A stretch of DNA of 64,000 bases, taken from Limisphaerales bacterium. GTDB taxonomy: Bacteria; Verrucomicrobiota; Verrucomicrobiia; Limisphaerales; JAJOIW01. Below, piece by piece: positions 62,804-64,000 of the stretch (within the stretch, counting starts at the first letter, position 1; every line of letters begins with the position of its first letter). The stretch covers positions 309,520 to 373,519 of the forward strand of contig CBFHOE010000003.1 in assembly GCA_965657355.1 (NCBI GenBank), written 5' to 3'. Both the position numbers and the translations under genes were made by a program. Under the pieces are notes generated by a model. That model was given only the letters and a program-made list of their open reading frames with translations, made no database searches and was not told the DNA's origin.

Positions 62804-64000
62804 ATGAATAAGGTAATTGCCTCAACAGGACTGTTAGTAATCGGAGCTACCAGCCTCCAGGCCCAAGAAGCGTCATTCGATAATGCCAGTGATGCCAAGC
62901 CATGGAGTATTGGAGCTGTCGTTCGCGGTTTCTACGACGACAACTCGCTCAACACTAACTCAAATGAAATCGAGTCCTTCGGGATCGAATTTGGACCAAG
63001 CTTAGCTTACGACACCTCTTGGAACGGTGGTGCCTCCAGGGCTGAAGCATCATACGACTACAGATATAGATGGTATGAAGCTGAGGCACGTAACGAAGAT
63101 GACCAATACCATATCTTCAACATTGACTTTGATCATGACGTATCGGAAAACATAAAAGTTTCCGTCGACGAAAGACTCGTCATTACTAACGAGCCCACGA
63201 TCCTTGACCAGAACGTTGTCACGGCTATTCGTCTCAGACAAGACGCACTAAGAAATACCTTCAGCACCCGAATCGATTGGGATTTTGCTGACACACTATC
63301 CGCAGGCGTCAGCTACGCAAATAGATATTATAACTATGAGCAAGCTCTTTTCTCTAACCTTCTCGACAGGACTGAGCACCTCATAGGAGTTGACGGTCGC
63401 AAAGCACTCGGTAACCAAAAAACTGATGTTGTGCTCGGTTACCAATATGGAATGGTTGATTACAATGGTGACACCATCGTCCGTCAAGGCCTAGCACCTA
63501 TTTCTTCATCCACCAGGGACAACGATTCTCACTATATTTTCACCGGCGCTGATCACCAATTCAATCCAAATCTCTATGGAAGCTTAAGAGCTGGTGCCCA
63601 GTTCGTGGACTACAGCAACGCGGTAGGCGGTGATACATCCACAACCAGTCCGTATGTCGATGCTAATCTCACATACAATTTTACTGATGCACAAACCATA
63701 TTCGGAGTTCGCCATGCGCGAAATGCTACTGATGTTTCTGGATTCCTAGCGGCTCCGGTTCTCGATCAAGAGACCACCACGGTTTACGGAGCTTTGCAGT
63801 ATAACTTCACAAGTAGCATCGTGGGAACTGTCAACGGGCAGGCTCAATTCTCTGAGTTCAATGGCGGTAGTTTCCAAAACGCAAATGAGAACCTCTACAT
63901 TCTCGGTGCGACTCTAGGTTATCAATTGAATGCCAACCTATTGGTTGAAGCGGGATACACCTACACTGACCTGATCAGTGATGACATTGGCGGTCGTGAC
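62804..64000 (+). CDS. Outer-membrane beta-barrel protein (BBP2-like), 3'-truncated by the window edge; absent from the ORF track
   Basis: ATG at 62804 opens MNKVIASTGLLVIGATSLQAQE...KPWSIGAVVRGFYDDN..., with amphipathic beta strands and no stop seen to the window end. Confidence 0.8.
   Translation, partial: MNKVIASTGLLVIGATSLQAQEASFDNASDAKPWSIGAVVRGFYDDNSLNTNSNEIESFGIEFGPSLAYDTSWNGGASRAEASYDYRYRWYEAEARNEDDQYHIFNIDFDHDVSENIKVSVDERLVITNEPTILDQNVVTAIRLRQDALRNTFSTRIDWDFADTLSAGVSYANRYYNYEQALFSNLLDRTEHLIGVDGRKALGNQKTDVVLGYQYGMVDYNGDTIVRQGLAPISSSTRDNDSHYIFTGADHQFNPNLYGSLRAGAQFVDYSNAVGGDTSTTSPYVDANLTYNFTDAQTIFGVRHARNATDVSGFLAAPVLDQETTTVYGALQYNFTSSIVGTVNGQAQFSEFNGGSFQNANENLYILGATLGYQLNANLLVEAGYTYTDLISDDIGGRD

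Overview
A 64-kb bacterial chromosomal segment, about 40-45% GC by eye. The gene content points to a PVC-superphylum organism, probably Verrucomicrobia (inference): Planctomycete cytochrome C domains, a DUF1553/DUF1501 pair, a prepilin-type H-X9-DG protein, sulfatases and a PVC-type heme-binding dehydrogenase. The first ~6 kb is a decayed accessory region next to tRNA-Arg(CCT). It holds a GC-rich nitric oxide synthase oxygenase gene that looks like an integron gene cassette (57-bp attC fold downstream, matching GTTCGGC core site upstream), plus integrase and TolC remnants. The next gene is a ~1300-aa FG-GAP/ASPIC-UnbV/thioredoxin/TPR lipoprotein interrupted by one in-frame TGA that is followed by an fdhF-like SECIS hairpin, making it a candidate selenoprotein. 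Further on are an MtrA/MtrB-like porin-cytochrome cluster with a heme-fused barrel and a Tat Rieske protein, an ApbE/DUF2271-like flavinylation cluster, and carbohydrate and sulfatase genes. Housekeeping genes (rpmB, rdgB, asd, serA, korAB), an NtrBC-like two-component system and a truncated outer-membrane barrel gene complete the window. All calls come from reading motifs by eye; no searches were run.
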